Numbered from the stretch's first letter, positions 36,385 to 49,900 are shown. The stretch: 64,000 nucleotides of DNA from a virus (IMGVR_UViG_3300031994_000023:77780-141779); one strand, 5' to 3'. Notes: a model not told the origin generated them from the letters alone. Made by a program: numbers and translations.

Positions 36385-38740
36385 GTATTAAATTATTTGA
36401 AAGGCATTTCTCCTTTTTTAGAGTACCCTATCACCTCAATTCTCCATATTTATTCCATAATGGTTTCATGAAGTATATCCATTCTTTTTTTCTATCATAA
36501 CGTGGATGTACTTTGTAAAACATGCAAATTTTTTTGTTCACACATTCTATGAGTGTAAGACAAGCAACTGGTTTGTTTCCATCCTTAACTACATGAATAC
36601 AGGTTTTACACAATTCGTCATTCTCCATCATCTTCCACTTCCACATTAACTATCCATGTTCCATGGATTTTCATTTGTTTAAACACCAAATCACTGCATT
36701 CAAAATAATATTCATCACCATTTGTACTGTGAAGATATAGGTGATGTTGTATTGTTGACTTGTATTTTACAAGGTGTTGTATGAAATTAACAGAATCCCT
36801 ATGAAAAAGAATGTTTTCCCCATAAACTGTTAAATTAACAGGTTTACCTTTTAAGGAATATTCATAGCCATGTGTGTTCTCTGGAGAGTTGTATTCATCA
36901 CTAAGAGTACAATGTTTTTCAAAGAAAGTTTTCCAATCCATCATATTCCACCTATTCACCCTCATCATCTTCAATTCTTTTTAGCTCCATTGTAATTTGA
37001 ACAGATTCGGATACATAATCGGTTACTACAGAAAAATTTTTTACATATTTCTCGAAGTATTCATATTTCTCGAAGCATAAGTATTTGCAGATTCTATTCT
37101 GGTCATAAATGGAATGACCTTCACAAGGAATTATTTTCAACCGATTACCGGATAATTCAATAATCCAACCATCTGAAAGATTCAACACTTCCCTTATCCG
37201 TGATTCGGCTTGTTTTTTCTGTAGCATGAATCTTCTCCTATCTTGTTGATAAATGTAGAAAATACTTTGCAAATTTCTTTCAACATCATTTTTCATTTCC
37301 GACATATCTCATATCTCCTTTTGCAAATAAATCACCATATTAGTCTTCGAAATATTCTGAGAACTCTTGTATCATTACATTTATTACTTTTTCAACATCA
37401 TTACCCAGTGATTTGGAACGGTATACTGCATAACCTAACAGGTCAGCACTGATATGGTCGAGAGTAACTGTTAATTCCACCTTATCTTCCCATAAATCTA
37501 CATCTGCCCATTCATCATCATCTAAAATCTTTTTTAGTTTTTTGTATCCATCTTCAAATTTCATCATTTTAAGTTTCCTCGTTCTGTTTTTATATTCTTC
37601 AAGTAATTCACCTAATAAAGAAGTATCCTCACAGTTAAGTGTTGCTCTTTCATTCCACATCCTTTGAGGACAATCTTTGTTATAAGTCATCTACTGTCAC
37701 GAACTCCTTTTCAAATTCATTTCTTGTCGGTGTCATAAACGCAACCAAATTCTTCGATTCCTCAAACAATCTTATTCTATTCCTAATGCTTTCATCTTCA
37801 CTTCTTAGTTTAACATCACTACCAAAATTGGTTATAATATAATACCCTTGCAGTGTGTGGTTTATCCAAGCAGTTATACCTTTGGATGTTATGATGATTT
37901 TTAAGTCATCATCTTTTTCAGTTGGTGTAATTTTCACTTTCATATTAATCAATTATAATTGTTATAAAATTAGCATAATCAGGTTCTAATTTAGTAAGTT
38001 CTGATAAATAATGCAATTCTTTTTCAAATAAACTATCCACATCATCTATACCTGTATGAATTTTGATTAGCAACTCTTTTGTACCTAATTCTGGGTCATT
38101 ATAAACAGATAAACATGGTTTTACATTGTTAAAATATTCTTGAGTTAAACTACTAACCGTTTTTAAAATATTTTCAATAAACTCTTTCTCATATAAATTA
38201 TCTTTTAAATATTTTTCAAGTTTTTGTTCACCACCATCACCACACCATCTCAAACCTACAATACCATCTGGAATTATCATTTTTCACTCCAACTCCTTTT
38301 TTAGCATTTTGATTAGGTTGGTCATTCCCATAACCAATCCGATGGCATCTATTGTTTCCTGTGTGAATGTTTCACCATCCTCCTTTATTATTTGTTTTGC
38401 GAGTAAGAGGTTTCTCCAAGCCTTCACACTAGTAACCAATTGTTCTGTGTCTTTGTCTACACTACTTCCCATCATTTCTTCAAACATTTTATTGATATTA
38501 TGAGGCACTTGTGGTTCTCGTTTAGGTAACCATTCTGGTCTTCCCATGAATGGATTAATTATATCTTTCCATTCGCCATCAATCTCTACTTTTCCAAGTG
38601 TTTCATAATGTCCCCATGGTGGATAGAATGTTAATTCATCCCCAAACTCGAATGTTAATTCATCTCCAAACTCAGAGTTAAGTATTTTTTTTATGTTTTC
38701 TTGTATTTTATCTCTCATGTTTTTCAAATCTTTTTTATCC

Positions 38741-39710
38741 TTTTCTTCTGTCATTTTAATCTCCTTCCTTTTCTATACACAGTATGCTTCCTTCCCAGTC
38801 ATAATGGTAATTGTAGATAATGTAATTGTTCCATCTGAGGTAATCTGTTATTCTTTGTATCATCTTTTTATCCAGTTTGTAATGATTTTCGGAGTCATCA
38901 TAAGTTATGAATAGTTTTTCCTTGAAGGAGTCATAATAGCAGACAATATTGTTTTCAGGAACATACAATATATGGCATTTCATGGGGTCTGTGCATAATT
39001 CCACTTCCTGAGAATAAAGGTATGGTGGTTCTGGTGGTGTGTCCTTTTCATCAACAATTATTTCATAGCCACCATAATCTTTTGAGGTGATGTGAGTATA
39101 CTCTATAATTCGGGTATTGGTGATAGGTTTCATTGTCTTGTTTCTCAGTATTTCCCAGTCATCTGCAACAATGTCCTCGTATTCAAGGTAGGATTTTGTA
39201 GGTATCGATGAATTATAATATTTTCGCATAACCTCTTCATGTTCAAAGTAAACATAATGATTTACAAAAGACCATGCGGGTTCTGCATACTTCCTACGGT
39301 ATGCTTTCATTCCTTTTTTAAGTTGTGGTAATATTTCCTCGAATTTCATCTTCAATCACTATCCCATTTTTTTATGTTGGTATAAATACAGGCATTATCC
39401 GTGTTGGTTTCTCCTGTTCATGTTCAAATTGTGTTAATCTGTATTTTCTGATAATTTGTTTCTTTTCAGTATAATTGCATTCGGTATAAGATTTGTTGTA
39501 TTCTTCATAGCACATATCATCAAGGATGACATTATTTGAATATTTGTATCTTTCTGTTTCATCCTTTGAGGAATCATCAACAACAATAATTCCTGTAACT
39601 ATGATGGCAATCAATACCAGTATCATTACTACTGCATTGAGTTTTTGTTCAATCATCACTACCACACAACCTCAGACTTATCATTTTCTTCTGTCATTTT
39701 AATCTCCTTC
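38741..39710. repeat. 27-bp identical direct repeat (38741..38767 and 39684..39710) covering an RBS and start codon
   Basis: TTTTCTTCTGTCATTTTAATCTCCTTC occurs twice, bracketing two genes. Confidence 0.8.
38756..39355 (-). CDS. Protein with N-terminal Tad2/DUF2829-like domain
   Basis: MKFEEIL..LKKG.K..R...W...EDIVADDWEI pattern, followed by an unrelated C-terminal domain. Confidence 0.45.
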   Translation of the reverse strand: MKMKFEEILPQLKKGMKAYRRKYAEPAWSFVNHYVYFEHEEVMRKYYNSSIPTKSYLEYEDIVADDWEILRNKTMKPITNTRIIEYTHITSKDYGGYEIIVDEKDTPPEPPYLYSQEVELCTDPMKCHILYVPENNIVCYYDSFKEKLFITYDDSENHYKLDKKMIQRITDYLRWNNYIIYNYHYDWEGSILCIEKEGD

Positions 39711-42700
39711 TATTTGTTCCATTCGTGTACCTCTCTTATCATCTTGAAGAATGCATGTTTATCCTCTATCCAACCAGTACGCATAGTAACTCCATAATCA
39801 CCATACAATTCTACGAGGCAACACCAAAAGTTTTCTCCAAAATAATCTCTTATAGGTACTTCTGCCCCATTTTCATTGGTTATGGGTCTGTTGTATGTGA
39901 TGTAGGGTGTTCCATCTTCATCAAGTTTTCGTAATTGTGGAATGTTTTTGAGTAATGTTTCTTCAAGACCCTGTTCAAAGATAATATTAGCAATCAATGT
40001 TTCACAATCATTCATTTTCTTGTTGCGTCCTCGTTTTCCATGATTGACGCCTGTTAAAATATTCTTTAAAATCTTCTTCAACTGTTGTATCTTTCCCACA
40101 ATGTCTACAAGTCCATGTAGTTCTTCCCTCACTTAGTGTGAATGGAACCATGAACCTACGATACCCACATTGTGAGCATACGGGGAGGTCTTTGAATAAT
40201 CCTCCTATTTCTTCATCTAATTTCTTGTTTGTAGAATCTTTGAGTATATTTTCTGTGAAGTAATCATCTAATTCTTCTGATAGTAATACTACTGGAGAAT
40301 TTTGTCTTTGTATATGTTCTTGTAGTATATGGTAATTTGCGAGTAGTAACTCGTTTGTTAGTTGCTGTTTTTTGTTTAGTTCTTCTAATTTTTTCAGTAT
40401 TTTTTCTTCAGTATTAATCTCATTAGTCATTTCCTTGTTGCCCCCTCCCAGTTATCTAGTCCCACTCTTCAACGAGTAATTCATGTTCTACTGCAATTAA
40501 TATTTCTGCTCGGAACACATCATACTTATCTTCAATCACAGCACGAATCTTCTTTGATACACATCGAAGTACAGAATCATCATGTTCTTTCAACGCTTGT
40601 TTATACAACCACACATTTACAAATGGAACACGATACTTCATACATAGCTTAAAATAAACATCCTCTGAGAATATATTCTTAGGGTCATAAGATACAAGAG
40701 GTACCACATATTTATTCGCACATGATTCATGAGGGTCTATGAGCATGAGAGTAAAGTATGCGTTTCCACCTATTAGTACAATGTCATTCATTCTTATGCC
40801 ATTATAGTCTCCGGTTTTCATGAATACGAGAACATTCAATATTATGTCATTTTTTGACAATCCACCCCAACAGCCAACCAATGTATCTTCGTGTAAAAGG
40901 TTGATTATCTTTTTTTCTTTGTCTGTGAGGTTATTGTATGTTTTGCTTTTTTTGTCTAATTGTTGATTGTTACATAATTTGTCTATCTCTGTTAGTACTT
41001 CTTCAGAGATTGTTCCTTTGAGTTCCATTTCTTGTTACCTCCTCTTTGTATTTACAAGATGGTTTTGGATTATCCTCATCAAAATGTACCCTTTGGTTTT
41101 TAAAACATTCAAAACATGGAAATTCATCATCTAAGTTTTCATAATACTCATAATCAAGATATAAGTGTTTGCAGTCATGACATTCATGACAAATATCTTC
41201 TAACAAATCAGAGAAATAATTTTTATCTTCTTCAGATACAGTCATTTCATAGTTGCCCCCTATCAACTTTTCATAATACTCCTCTCTTTTCTAATTCATA
41301 AGACTCGTTTCTAAGCATTTCACATATTTCCATTTTTTCTTTGAAGAGTTCTTCATCGGATAATTCAGTTTCTATTTCACCATTTATCTTTTTCTGATTC
41401 ACTTCAAATAGTAATAGATTCGCTTCGTACAACAGAAATAGTTGGTCATCAGTCATGTCATAGTATGGATTTTCTATTTTGTACTTCATTCTTGTTATCT
41501 GGTCTTCAATGATTTCTTCAGCAGAAGTTATCTTCTCATGCCCCATTGTTGTCACCTTTATTATCTTTTTTAGCACCTATTTCAAGAACATAAGTTACTG
41601 TAATATCAGCATTGAACCATATTGAGAAGGGTCTACCTACTGATTGAATGATTTCCAACTCAGAATCATGAATCACATACTCCCTATCTATAACTACATC
41701 TATACTTCCGGAGGTAATGGTTATCTTTTTAATATCACTTAACCCTTTTTTGAGAAAATATCCCATGAGTATATTCTTCAACTGGTTCTGAACAGGTTCA
41801 AGGTATTCTATCATCCTTGATAAACGGAGCAAGTTATCCTCCACACTATCTGCATATCTTTCAGTATCCTTGTATTCATAAACTATTCTTTCATAGTTTT
41901 CAATGTCATCAGTTATCATTTTTTTATTTCACCATATGTTTATCTCTTCATCGAATGGGTTTCCAATACCAAACTCCAATGTTATTCTCAGAGAATCAAT
42001 GTGTGTATTGTTAGAGTCATAGGTTATTCCACTATTCTTCAATGGACTTATAGAGTAGTTTTCCACTCCCAATGTTTCTGTTAATTCTTCAAGGTCTTCA
42101 CAGTCAATCCAAGTGTTGTACAATAAGTGTAACAATACTGTTGTATGTGATATTGGTATTACTGCAAACAGTTTTTCATTGAACTGAAGATACTGTATTT
42201 CATCATCTCCCATACCAAAATCAGAGGTTAACCATTTATGATATTCATATAATTGTACATATTCTTTGTCATATGACTGGTTAGGATTGCCTTCTTTGAG
42301 CAGTTCATTTATTGTTTTCAGTTGTAACTCTTCCTTGAATGTTCCCACTATTTTAGTTTTCAGTTTTACCTTGTACCTTAAATGCTCTGGTTCTCTTTTA
42401 CTTTCCTCATGTACTGTTTCAATTTTTGGAGTGTTTTCTGAAATGAAGTAAAAGTCAAGGCATTCCTCCAGACTTAAACCTTCCTCAGTGTATAACAGTA
42501 CCACAAATAATGTTAGCAAGGTTCTGTCTGCAAACGGTAACGTATTGATTAATTTTGTGTCCCATCCTGTCATCAAGGCTTGTATTATTTCATTGAATTT
42601 TTCATTGTTGTATTTTTGGTTGTGTTTGATGACATGTTCTATCTCTGTTTCCTCTTTCTCATCATTGGCTTCTGTCCATCTGTGAAACCATCTTAGAGTT

Positions 42701-43671
42701 ATTAGTTCTTCATCTGTTATGTATCCTTCGACTTTGATGATGTCTTTTGTTTTTTGTATTGTTTTAGTCATTTATCCAACCTTCATGAATTATTTTCTTA
42801 TATTATTGACAAACCACCTTAACAATTTTCCATCTTCCGTGTTCTTGTGTATTTCTTCCGTTATTTCATCATAGATACAAAGTTCTTCTGCGAGGTAAGG
42901 TATGTACGGTAATTCAGCACCCTTGAGTTTTTTTCTGTGTTCTTTCCATTTTTCAACTATAGTCATCTTTTTTGGCATTATTCACTCAATCCCTCCGACA
43001 TTGAAATTTGACATTCTTCCAGTATTGTATCAAGTATATCTTCATCAAAAAGGAAGTTACACTCATCTCCAGCACGACATCCTTTAGGGGATGATAATTC
43101 ACATAATGCACATTCCCTATCATCGTCAAGACCATATATGAGTTTGTTTTTGAGTTTGGTTATGTTTATCAATTTTATCTTATCCATCAATATTCACCCT
43201 CATAATCTTCCATTCTTTCCAGAACTTTCTTCGCAATATAATCCAATTCATAATCAGTCAAACATTGGGGATTGATATTGGATTTGCATTCTTGTATACA
43301 AAGACAAGCTTCTTCATAATCATAATAGACACATGAAACAAAATAATTACTTATTCCACAGTAATGTGTTAATTCATTCATTAACCTTTGTGAAACACCC
43401 CTGTATACTGGAGGTTCATCCCTATAATCTGGCTCAATATACAGTTTTTTCATATCTTTGCTGTAATCCATGTACACTGTGAAAGGTTCATTTTCAAATC
43501 TTATGATGTGAATATATTTGTTGTGTTGATAATTCATGTGTTCTAACAAGGTACTATTGAGTCGCAGTTGTCCTTTTACAGAACCAAAACCATCATATTC
43601 CACATATTCTCCGATGTCTGTTTTTATTTCATCACGAATCCATCTTAGGATATTTTCCTTTTTATGCATTA

Positions 43672-44049
43672 TTAATCACCTACTTCCCTCATTTCAAAAA
43701 CAATTTCCTCTTCAATTTTTCTTAAAAATTTTAAATATCTGGCTACTTGATTCATTTTAGAAATTGCAAATAAATCAATTTTTTCAATATCTGAGGGAAT
43801 TTTCAACCTATCACGATTTGTAACAGTTTCATTATTTCCTGTATAATCATCAGATTTTCCGAATAAATATTCTGATGAGCAATTGTATAATAAACATAAT
43901 TTATCAAGAGTGACTGAGTTCATGTTTCTTCGTCCTTTTTCCATTTTTGAAAAAGTATTTGGGCTAATTCCTAAATAATCTGCAACTTGTTTTTGAGTAT
44001 AATTGTTGTTTTCCCTCAGCTTTTTCAACCGTTCATAAGTAACTCCCAT
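43672..44049 (-). CDS. XRE-family HTH transcriptional regulator
   Basis: RLKKLRE...YTQKQVADYLGIS....SKMEKGRR...L.KL..LY..S.EYL. Confidence 0.9.
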   Translation of the reverse strand: MGVTYERLKKLRENNNYTQKQVADYLGISPNTFSKMEKGRRNMNSVTLDKLCLLYNCSSEYLFGKSDDYTGNNETVTNRDRLKIPSDIEKIDLFAISKMNQVARYLKFLRKIEEEIVFEMREVGD

Positions 44050-46273
44050 AATACACTACCATCCGTTTTTAATCAATATTGAAAGTGATTTCCTCCTTTA
44101 ATACACCCTCATTAACTTCAATATATTTATGAATATATTTCCTGGTTTTTAGGAACTCTTCTGCTTCTTCTGGTATGTTATCATAGAACACACCATTTTC
44201 TTCATAGAGTCTTTTTTGTTCTTCATCGTTATACCTTATGAATTTGACTTCATTTCCAGACACATATACTTCTGAGGCATTGAAATGTGTTCGCAGTATG
44301 GATTCAAATATTTGTCTATCTATTTTGAAAAAGTTCTCTGCTTCTTCTACCTTTTTAAGATAATCCTCCCTTGCCTGTTGATAATCATGCATGGCTTCTT
44401 CCAGAGGTATTAGTTCATTCATGTTCATTCTTCTCCTTTCATGTTCTTCAGTTTCACAACAAATTTAACAGTACCATCATTAAAATCCACATCACAGTTA
44501 ATGTTCCATCCTATTTCTTCAAGCAAAGCCCATAATCTGGATACATCTGAGAAAGTAGATTTATCCCAACCATAAATTTTCAGTATATTTTCTGATAAGT
44601 GAATAACCCAACTCTCTGAAAGTTCAAGTTGTTCCCGTAGTATTAATTCTGTTTTAAATTTTTTTGTGATGTACATTTTGAAAAACTTATCTGATAATTC
44701 AGGATTACACTCTGTTGTTCCACACTCATCTACCACATACCACTTGTAATAGTGCTGGTGGAGAGATATTATGTTTTTCAAGGATTCAATTTTATCCATT
44801 TCCTCTTTTGGTTCAGTTTGTAAGGGGAATTGACATTGGTGGATATATTTTAGAATATCTTTTAGAAACTGAGGATAAATTTCAAATGATATGGTATCTT
44901 CAAATACCATTAGTATGTGTTTCACTCCCTCCCAGTCATTTGTATCCCATGATGCAAATAACATTTCAACATACTCCTCATTGATTGAGTATTTTGTGGC
45001 AATATTTTCTATAGATAATGAAGTTTTTCCATCATTGCCCTTTTTAATAAGGTTTTCATTTGTGGATATATCTTTCATTTTATCCCCACCTCATTTTCTT
45101 CAATCGTTTTGGGTTCAGATATAATATCTTGCATTCGCTCCCATGAATAGCTATGTATTATACTTTCACGTTCTATTACAAAGGGATAGTCATTTAGCCT
45201 AAGGTCATATAATATTTCCATAAAGTAAGGTAACATCTCAACCGGCATGTTAATCGTGTACTCTACCTTATTTTTTGTTATCAATTCAGCTCTAAAATCT
45301 ACATACTCAAATAGTAATCTTTTAGATATGAGGGATTCTAATGTGTTTATAGTGTAGTTTCCATTGTATTTTTCATATTTGATAATTAATTTGGTTGTTA
45401 TGTAACAGTATCTTGTTTTTTCATCCAATTCTCTTTTGTTTGCTCTGCCTTGTAAATAATGTATCAAATTATAATTAATCATTCCCATCACTTTTCTTCA
45501 ATCAGTTTGGGTTCAGGTCTAATATCTTCTTCCTTAACTTTTTCTGATTCGATTTCCTTGCGAATATCGAACCTTCTTTTAGTTTCCGATATGGAATAAG
45601 CTATTTTCAGTTCATACCCATATTCCCAAAATTCTCCCAATATTTCTTTTGCCATGTGAAACTGGAATCCAGTTATTCCATCTCCTACCATGTATGAACA
45701 ATCATCTGCAATATATGTTAGTATTGGTATTATGGCTTCTCGGGGTTTGTTTGTGATATAGTTTTCCATCTTTTCAGACCACCTTTCTAAGAAATGGAAT
45801 ACTGCTCCACCATAATCTTCAGGGCCATCATAGTGGTTATTATATTTCCATTTGTTGTATTCTAATAATTTTATGGGTTTTATGTTTACCATTATCCCCT
45901 TCTCCTCTCTTCTCTTTCCATAAACTCTGTATTCATATCTTTCATTCAACCACCACCCATTTTGTAATTGTTTGTTCTGGTATGGTTTTTTGTACTTTTC
46001 TAAGGACGTGGAACTCTGATTTATATTTGGTTTCCATTTTTTCAGGAATCCATTCATGTTGTATATCTACTCGGATTAAGTATTCATTTTCTTGAGTCAT
46101 TTCCATAAGTAATTCCTTTTTGATATGTTTACTGGCATTTCTTACCTGATATAATCTTGAAGCACCAATGTACCATAATGATTGTTCTATCACTGCATCA
46201 TCATAGATTCTTTTGAAATTGGTGTTGTGTTTGGATTGTGTGAGTGTATCTTGTTTGGGAGAGTATATCATCA

Positions 46274-46729
46274 TTATTTTTCTCCAGTTTCCTTTGTGTT
46301 TGGATAATGTGCCACCTCTTCCAATCTACATATACTGTCATTAGCGATGGTATGAATTAATTCCAAATCCTTATTTTCAAGATGTGGTTTTGTAATATCC
46401 ATTATCATCACCAAATTATGAATTAGGGTATTTATTTGTTCATTTTCTTTTGATTCGTCATATGGTTCATAGGCTTTTTCGAAGTAATCCTTTTTAACTG
46501 TGTAATAATCCAATTCTTCCTCTTTCACAACATAATCACCCTTAGTGCAAGAGGCAATTACCCTTTTATCTGTGGGAGAAGCCGTTATACATAATTCATC
46601 AACATAAGATATAACAGCTCTTTCACCAATCCATTCCTTAATCGATTCATCATTGTATTGAACGGCTTCTACAGGCACTATTTTTTTAATGTATTTTCTA
46701 ACTTTTTCCAATGTCTTAACCTCCCACAC
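46274..46729 (-). CDS. Conserved phage protein (KY.KK...VEAVQ...GDYVV...F...YE type)
   Basis: Motif pattern widespread in phages; function not assigned. Confidence 0.55.
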   Translation of the reverse strand: MWEVKTLEKVRKYIKKIVPVEAVQYNDESIKEWIGERAVISYVDELCITASPTDKRVIASCTKGDYVVKEEELDYYTVKKDYFEKAYEPYDESKENEQINTLIHNLVMIMDITKPHLENKDLELIHTIANDSICRLEEVAHYPNTKETGEK

Positions 46730-48487
46730 TAATAAGCATCATATTATACTTTATTATAAAACCTTTATTTTGGATATAATCTACCATTGCAATATTTTCT
46801 AAAATATTTGTACATGGGTAAATTCATATTTCTACCCAAGCAATATCCTAATCAGTCCCATTCCTCAGAACTATATTCCATAGGATTATGATTCCAATTC
46901 GTATCACTATTGGCATAATGATTATACAACAACAGATTTCTTACAAAACCATTCACAACCCCCCTTGACTCGTTGTCCAAATCTATGTACCGAGGCATTT
47001 TATAAAGTTGCTTTGTGATTTTGTTACACAAATTTACCATCTGAAATACCAAATCCATATTAATTTCACTTAATTGTTTTACTTCTTCCATAGTTTTTTC
47101 ATTATCCATCATAACAGCACACCCCTAAAATTGTTCCTCTTCCATCATCAACCTTATCAATTGTGAAAGTTTTAAAGCCAAATCAATTGAATCTTTATAC
47201 TCGTCAGAACTCAAATACTTAGGAATTCCTATTTGGGCTTGTTGGTGGTCCATAATAATTTTATATCTGTCTGCTTGTAGAAAATCAATTAAATCACCTC
47301 TTGTTTCATTTATTCTTTTTTTATTTGCTTTTCGAAGTTCTGAAGTCATTTCATCCAAACCACTATTACTCATCATATTATTAATAAATTCCATAAAATC
47401 TTCGTTATCCATCCTTTTTTCCTCCAACAATCATATTTACTGTCCTTAGTGTATAATTCATATAAACTCACTTAAAAGCATATTTTTTTTCCAACTTTAA
47501 CCAAACTATTGTTTTTATCCACCCATACTGATTACAATTAACAACCCGATTATGAATTGTAACACATAAAAGAGTATGCAGATTATAATTATACAAAACA
47601 GTGAGATTAGACTTATAGTTATTATATCATTGCTCCACTCCATTTTTTTAATCAACCCCCATCTCGTTTTTTTATCCATTCTTCCAACAGTTTTCTGTTT
47701 TCATCGATAGAATTGTATGGACTTAACTGTTCCCATAAACTCACATATAACTGCTGTTCCTCATCGGTCGTACGGGCACATTGCAAATCACCATACTCAA
47801 AGATGAATGAAATTTCTTCAAGAGGCAGGTTTGTGTGAATATCAATATCTTCAACAAAGGAATCAGTTTTATCGTATAAGCAAATCATTAGGTTGTAATC
47901 AACCTCTTTTGATTGGATAATCATTATTTTTTCGATTCTTTGAGAACTGTAAGATACTAGGTGGTCATCACCTAATTTAACTTCCAATCCTATAGGAGGA
48001 TTAAGATAGTAAACATACCAGGTGGTATTTTCTGTTTTGTCTGTTTCTATTGTTTCGGTGAAATGGTATTTCATTTCATGGTATGGGACTGCTATTTCTG
48101 TGAACGAATTTGGTTCTTTATAACACACATTATTCCACCATTCAAGGAATTTATCCTTGTTTGTGGGAGATGTTGTTTCTTCTACACCCTGTTTTGCTCT
48201 GAATATTTCAACCAATCTGTTTGATGAGTAAGTATTAGTAGATAAGTTTGTGTTTATTCCGAGGACTATGTTTTTTTTATTGAGAAATACACCCATAATA
48301 ATATCATCAGTCACTGAAAATTCAATATAATCGCTTGCCTTTTCTTCTTCATGTATTACTAACACAGTTTTCCCATCAAGTTCAATTGTATTGTTTGCCA
48401 GTTCATAACTCATTTCATATCAAGTTCCTAACTTTTTTTTTTGAAAATTGTGGAATAGGATGTGTTATATATACATCCAAATTCGAA

Positions 48488-49129
48488 TTATTCTTTCTGC
48501 ACATACTTAATTGCTTCATAAGTTACTGGTTGTAATACTGTTTCTATAAGTACTTTGGTTATGTATTGTGTCATTACAAAGCCACATAATGACCAGAAAG
48601 ACATTGTACCAAGGAATCCTATAGTTAGGAATAGTATTGTATCAACTAATTCTCCACCAATAGTACTACCAATAGTTCTTGCAAATAAGTATTTTCCATT
48701 TGTTTTTTCTTTCATAATTGTCATCATACGAGCGTTAACATATTGTCCACAGTAGCAACCGATGTATGAACCTAGAACAATTCGTGGCACGAAAGTAAAT
48801 ATATATTCAAAGTGAGGTTGTGCCGTGAATGTTGAAGGATAAGGTAATCCTACAGCTATAATGCCCGTAACTATCATTATCAAATTAGCGAATAATGATA
48901 GAAGGACTGTTTTCATCATTACTTTTTCACCATATTCTTCTGTGATAACATCACCAAGAAGGTAGGTGAATGGAAACAATATTGTCCCAGAGGTTATTGT
49001 TAGAAATCCAATTTGGCTTGTTTTTGTTGCGAGTATGTTGCATATGATGAGCATACTGGCGAATAGTGCGATACATGTTATTTTTTTATCGTTGTAACTT
49101 AATTTGAAGTCTTCTTTTGTTAATATCAT
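48488..49129 (-). CDS. yhhQ: Queuosine precursor (preQ0/preQ1) transporter, VUT/YhhQ family
   Basis: Multi-TM; NILATK, FPFTYLLGDVITEEYG, PRIVLGS, RTIGST..GELVDT. Confidence 0.9.
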   Translation of the reverse strand: MILTKEDFKLSYNDKKITCIALFASMLIICNILATKTSQIGFLTITSGTILFPFTYLLGDVITEEYGEKVMMKTVLLSLFANLIMIVTGIIAVGLPYPSTFTAQPHFEYIFTFVPRIVLGSYIGCYCGQYVNARMMTIMKEKTNGKYLFARTIGSTIGGELVDTILFLTIGFLGTMSFWSLCGFVMTQYITKVLIETVLQPVTYEAIKYVQKE

Positions 49130-49135
49130 AATTTG

Positions 49136-49327
49136 TTATTTCTCCCTGTATATTGCCTCTGTTGGACAATTCATTGCACAGAGTTCACATTCTGCACATT
49201 CTTGACTTATTTGTGGGTAATTTTCGTGGAAGGTTATGTTGTTTAGAGCACAGATTGCAACACATACTCCGTTGTTTGGACAGTTTTGTTTTCCTGTGCA
49301 TTTTTGTTTGTTTATTTTTAGTGGCAT
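49136..49327 (-). CDS. 2[4Fe-4S] ferredoxin
   Basis: Cys motifs CTGKQNC...GVCVAIC and CAECELCAMNCP. Confidence 0.85.
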   Translation of the reverse strand: MPLKINKQKCTGKQNCPNNGVCVAICALNNITFHENYPQISQECAECELCAMNCPTEAIYREK

Positions 49328-49360
49328 ATTATTCTTTTATCTCCCCAATCTTTTTTTTTG

Positions 49361-49900
49361 TTAGTATAGGTCTATGAAATCATATTCCCAATTGTTTTTT
49401 ATGAGTAAGTCTCTTTCATTAACGGCTTCATCTATCGTTTTAAATATTCCATAATGTCCACCATTGTATCTTATGCGATAGGTGTTGTTTTTGGCATATT
49501 GGATGTATCGTGGTAAGTTATGTTTTTGTCGGTGATTGTAGGTTAATGCATCCTTATTCCACCCATTTTTTTCTAGTTGTTTTTTGTATTCTTGTATGGT
49601 TTCATAGGAATCTGAAGAGCAGAAGTATTGTTTTCCTTTTTGGATGAAGTATGTTCCGTTTTGGTTTTGGTATATGTAAATTGAGTTTGGGTGTTTTTTG
49701 TGGTGTTTTTTCTTTGCATATTTTTGTTTGATTTTTTTCATTAGAGGCTCATAGAATTTGTTGTTTTTGCACTCTTCGTATATGGGTGTTATTTCTTCAA
49801 GTGTTCTTCTTGAAGCAACATACGTGTTTTTCACGTAGATAATATAATTCGATGTGCCATTGTTTTGTGAGTATTTGTAAAGGTATTTTTTGATTTTCAA
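49361..49900 (-). CDS. Basic protein with repeated AP2-like DNA-binding modules
   Basis: Three repeats of YI.....TY.I....Y/F......EE/DEA, the last YGIFKTIDEAVNERD. Confidence 0.45.
   Translation of the reverse strand: MKIKKYLYKYSQNNGTSNYIIYVKNTYVASRRTLEEITPIYEECKNNKFYEPLMKKIKQKYAKKKHHKKHPNSIYIYQNQNGTYFIQKGKQYFCSSDSYETIQEYKKQLEKNGWNKDALTYNHRQKHNLPRYIQYAKNNTYRIRYNGGHYGIFKTIDEAVNERDLLIKNNWEYDFIDLY

Larger units (their letters stand above)
34738..48413 (-). other. Dense co-oriented array of ~30 small hypothetical viral genes
   Basis: Consecutive 60-280 aa ORFs with overlapping stop/start codons and GGAG/GGTG RBSs; several Cys-rich or zinc-ribbon ORFs (e.g. 40008..40430, 41003..41266). Confidence 0.7.

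Noticed and set aside
38626-38673. 24-bp tandem repeat (EFGDELTF twice)
   Set aside because: Simple in-frame duplication with no sign of wider significance.
46274-46729. Assigning an anti-CBASS or sponge function to this conserved phage protein
   Set aside because: The motif is familiar but I cannot tie it to a characterised family without a search.
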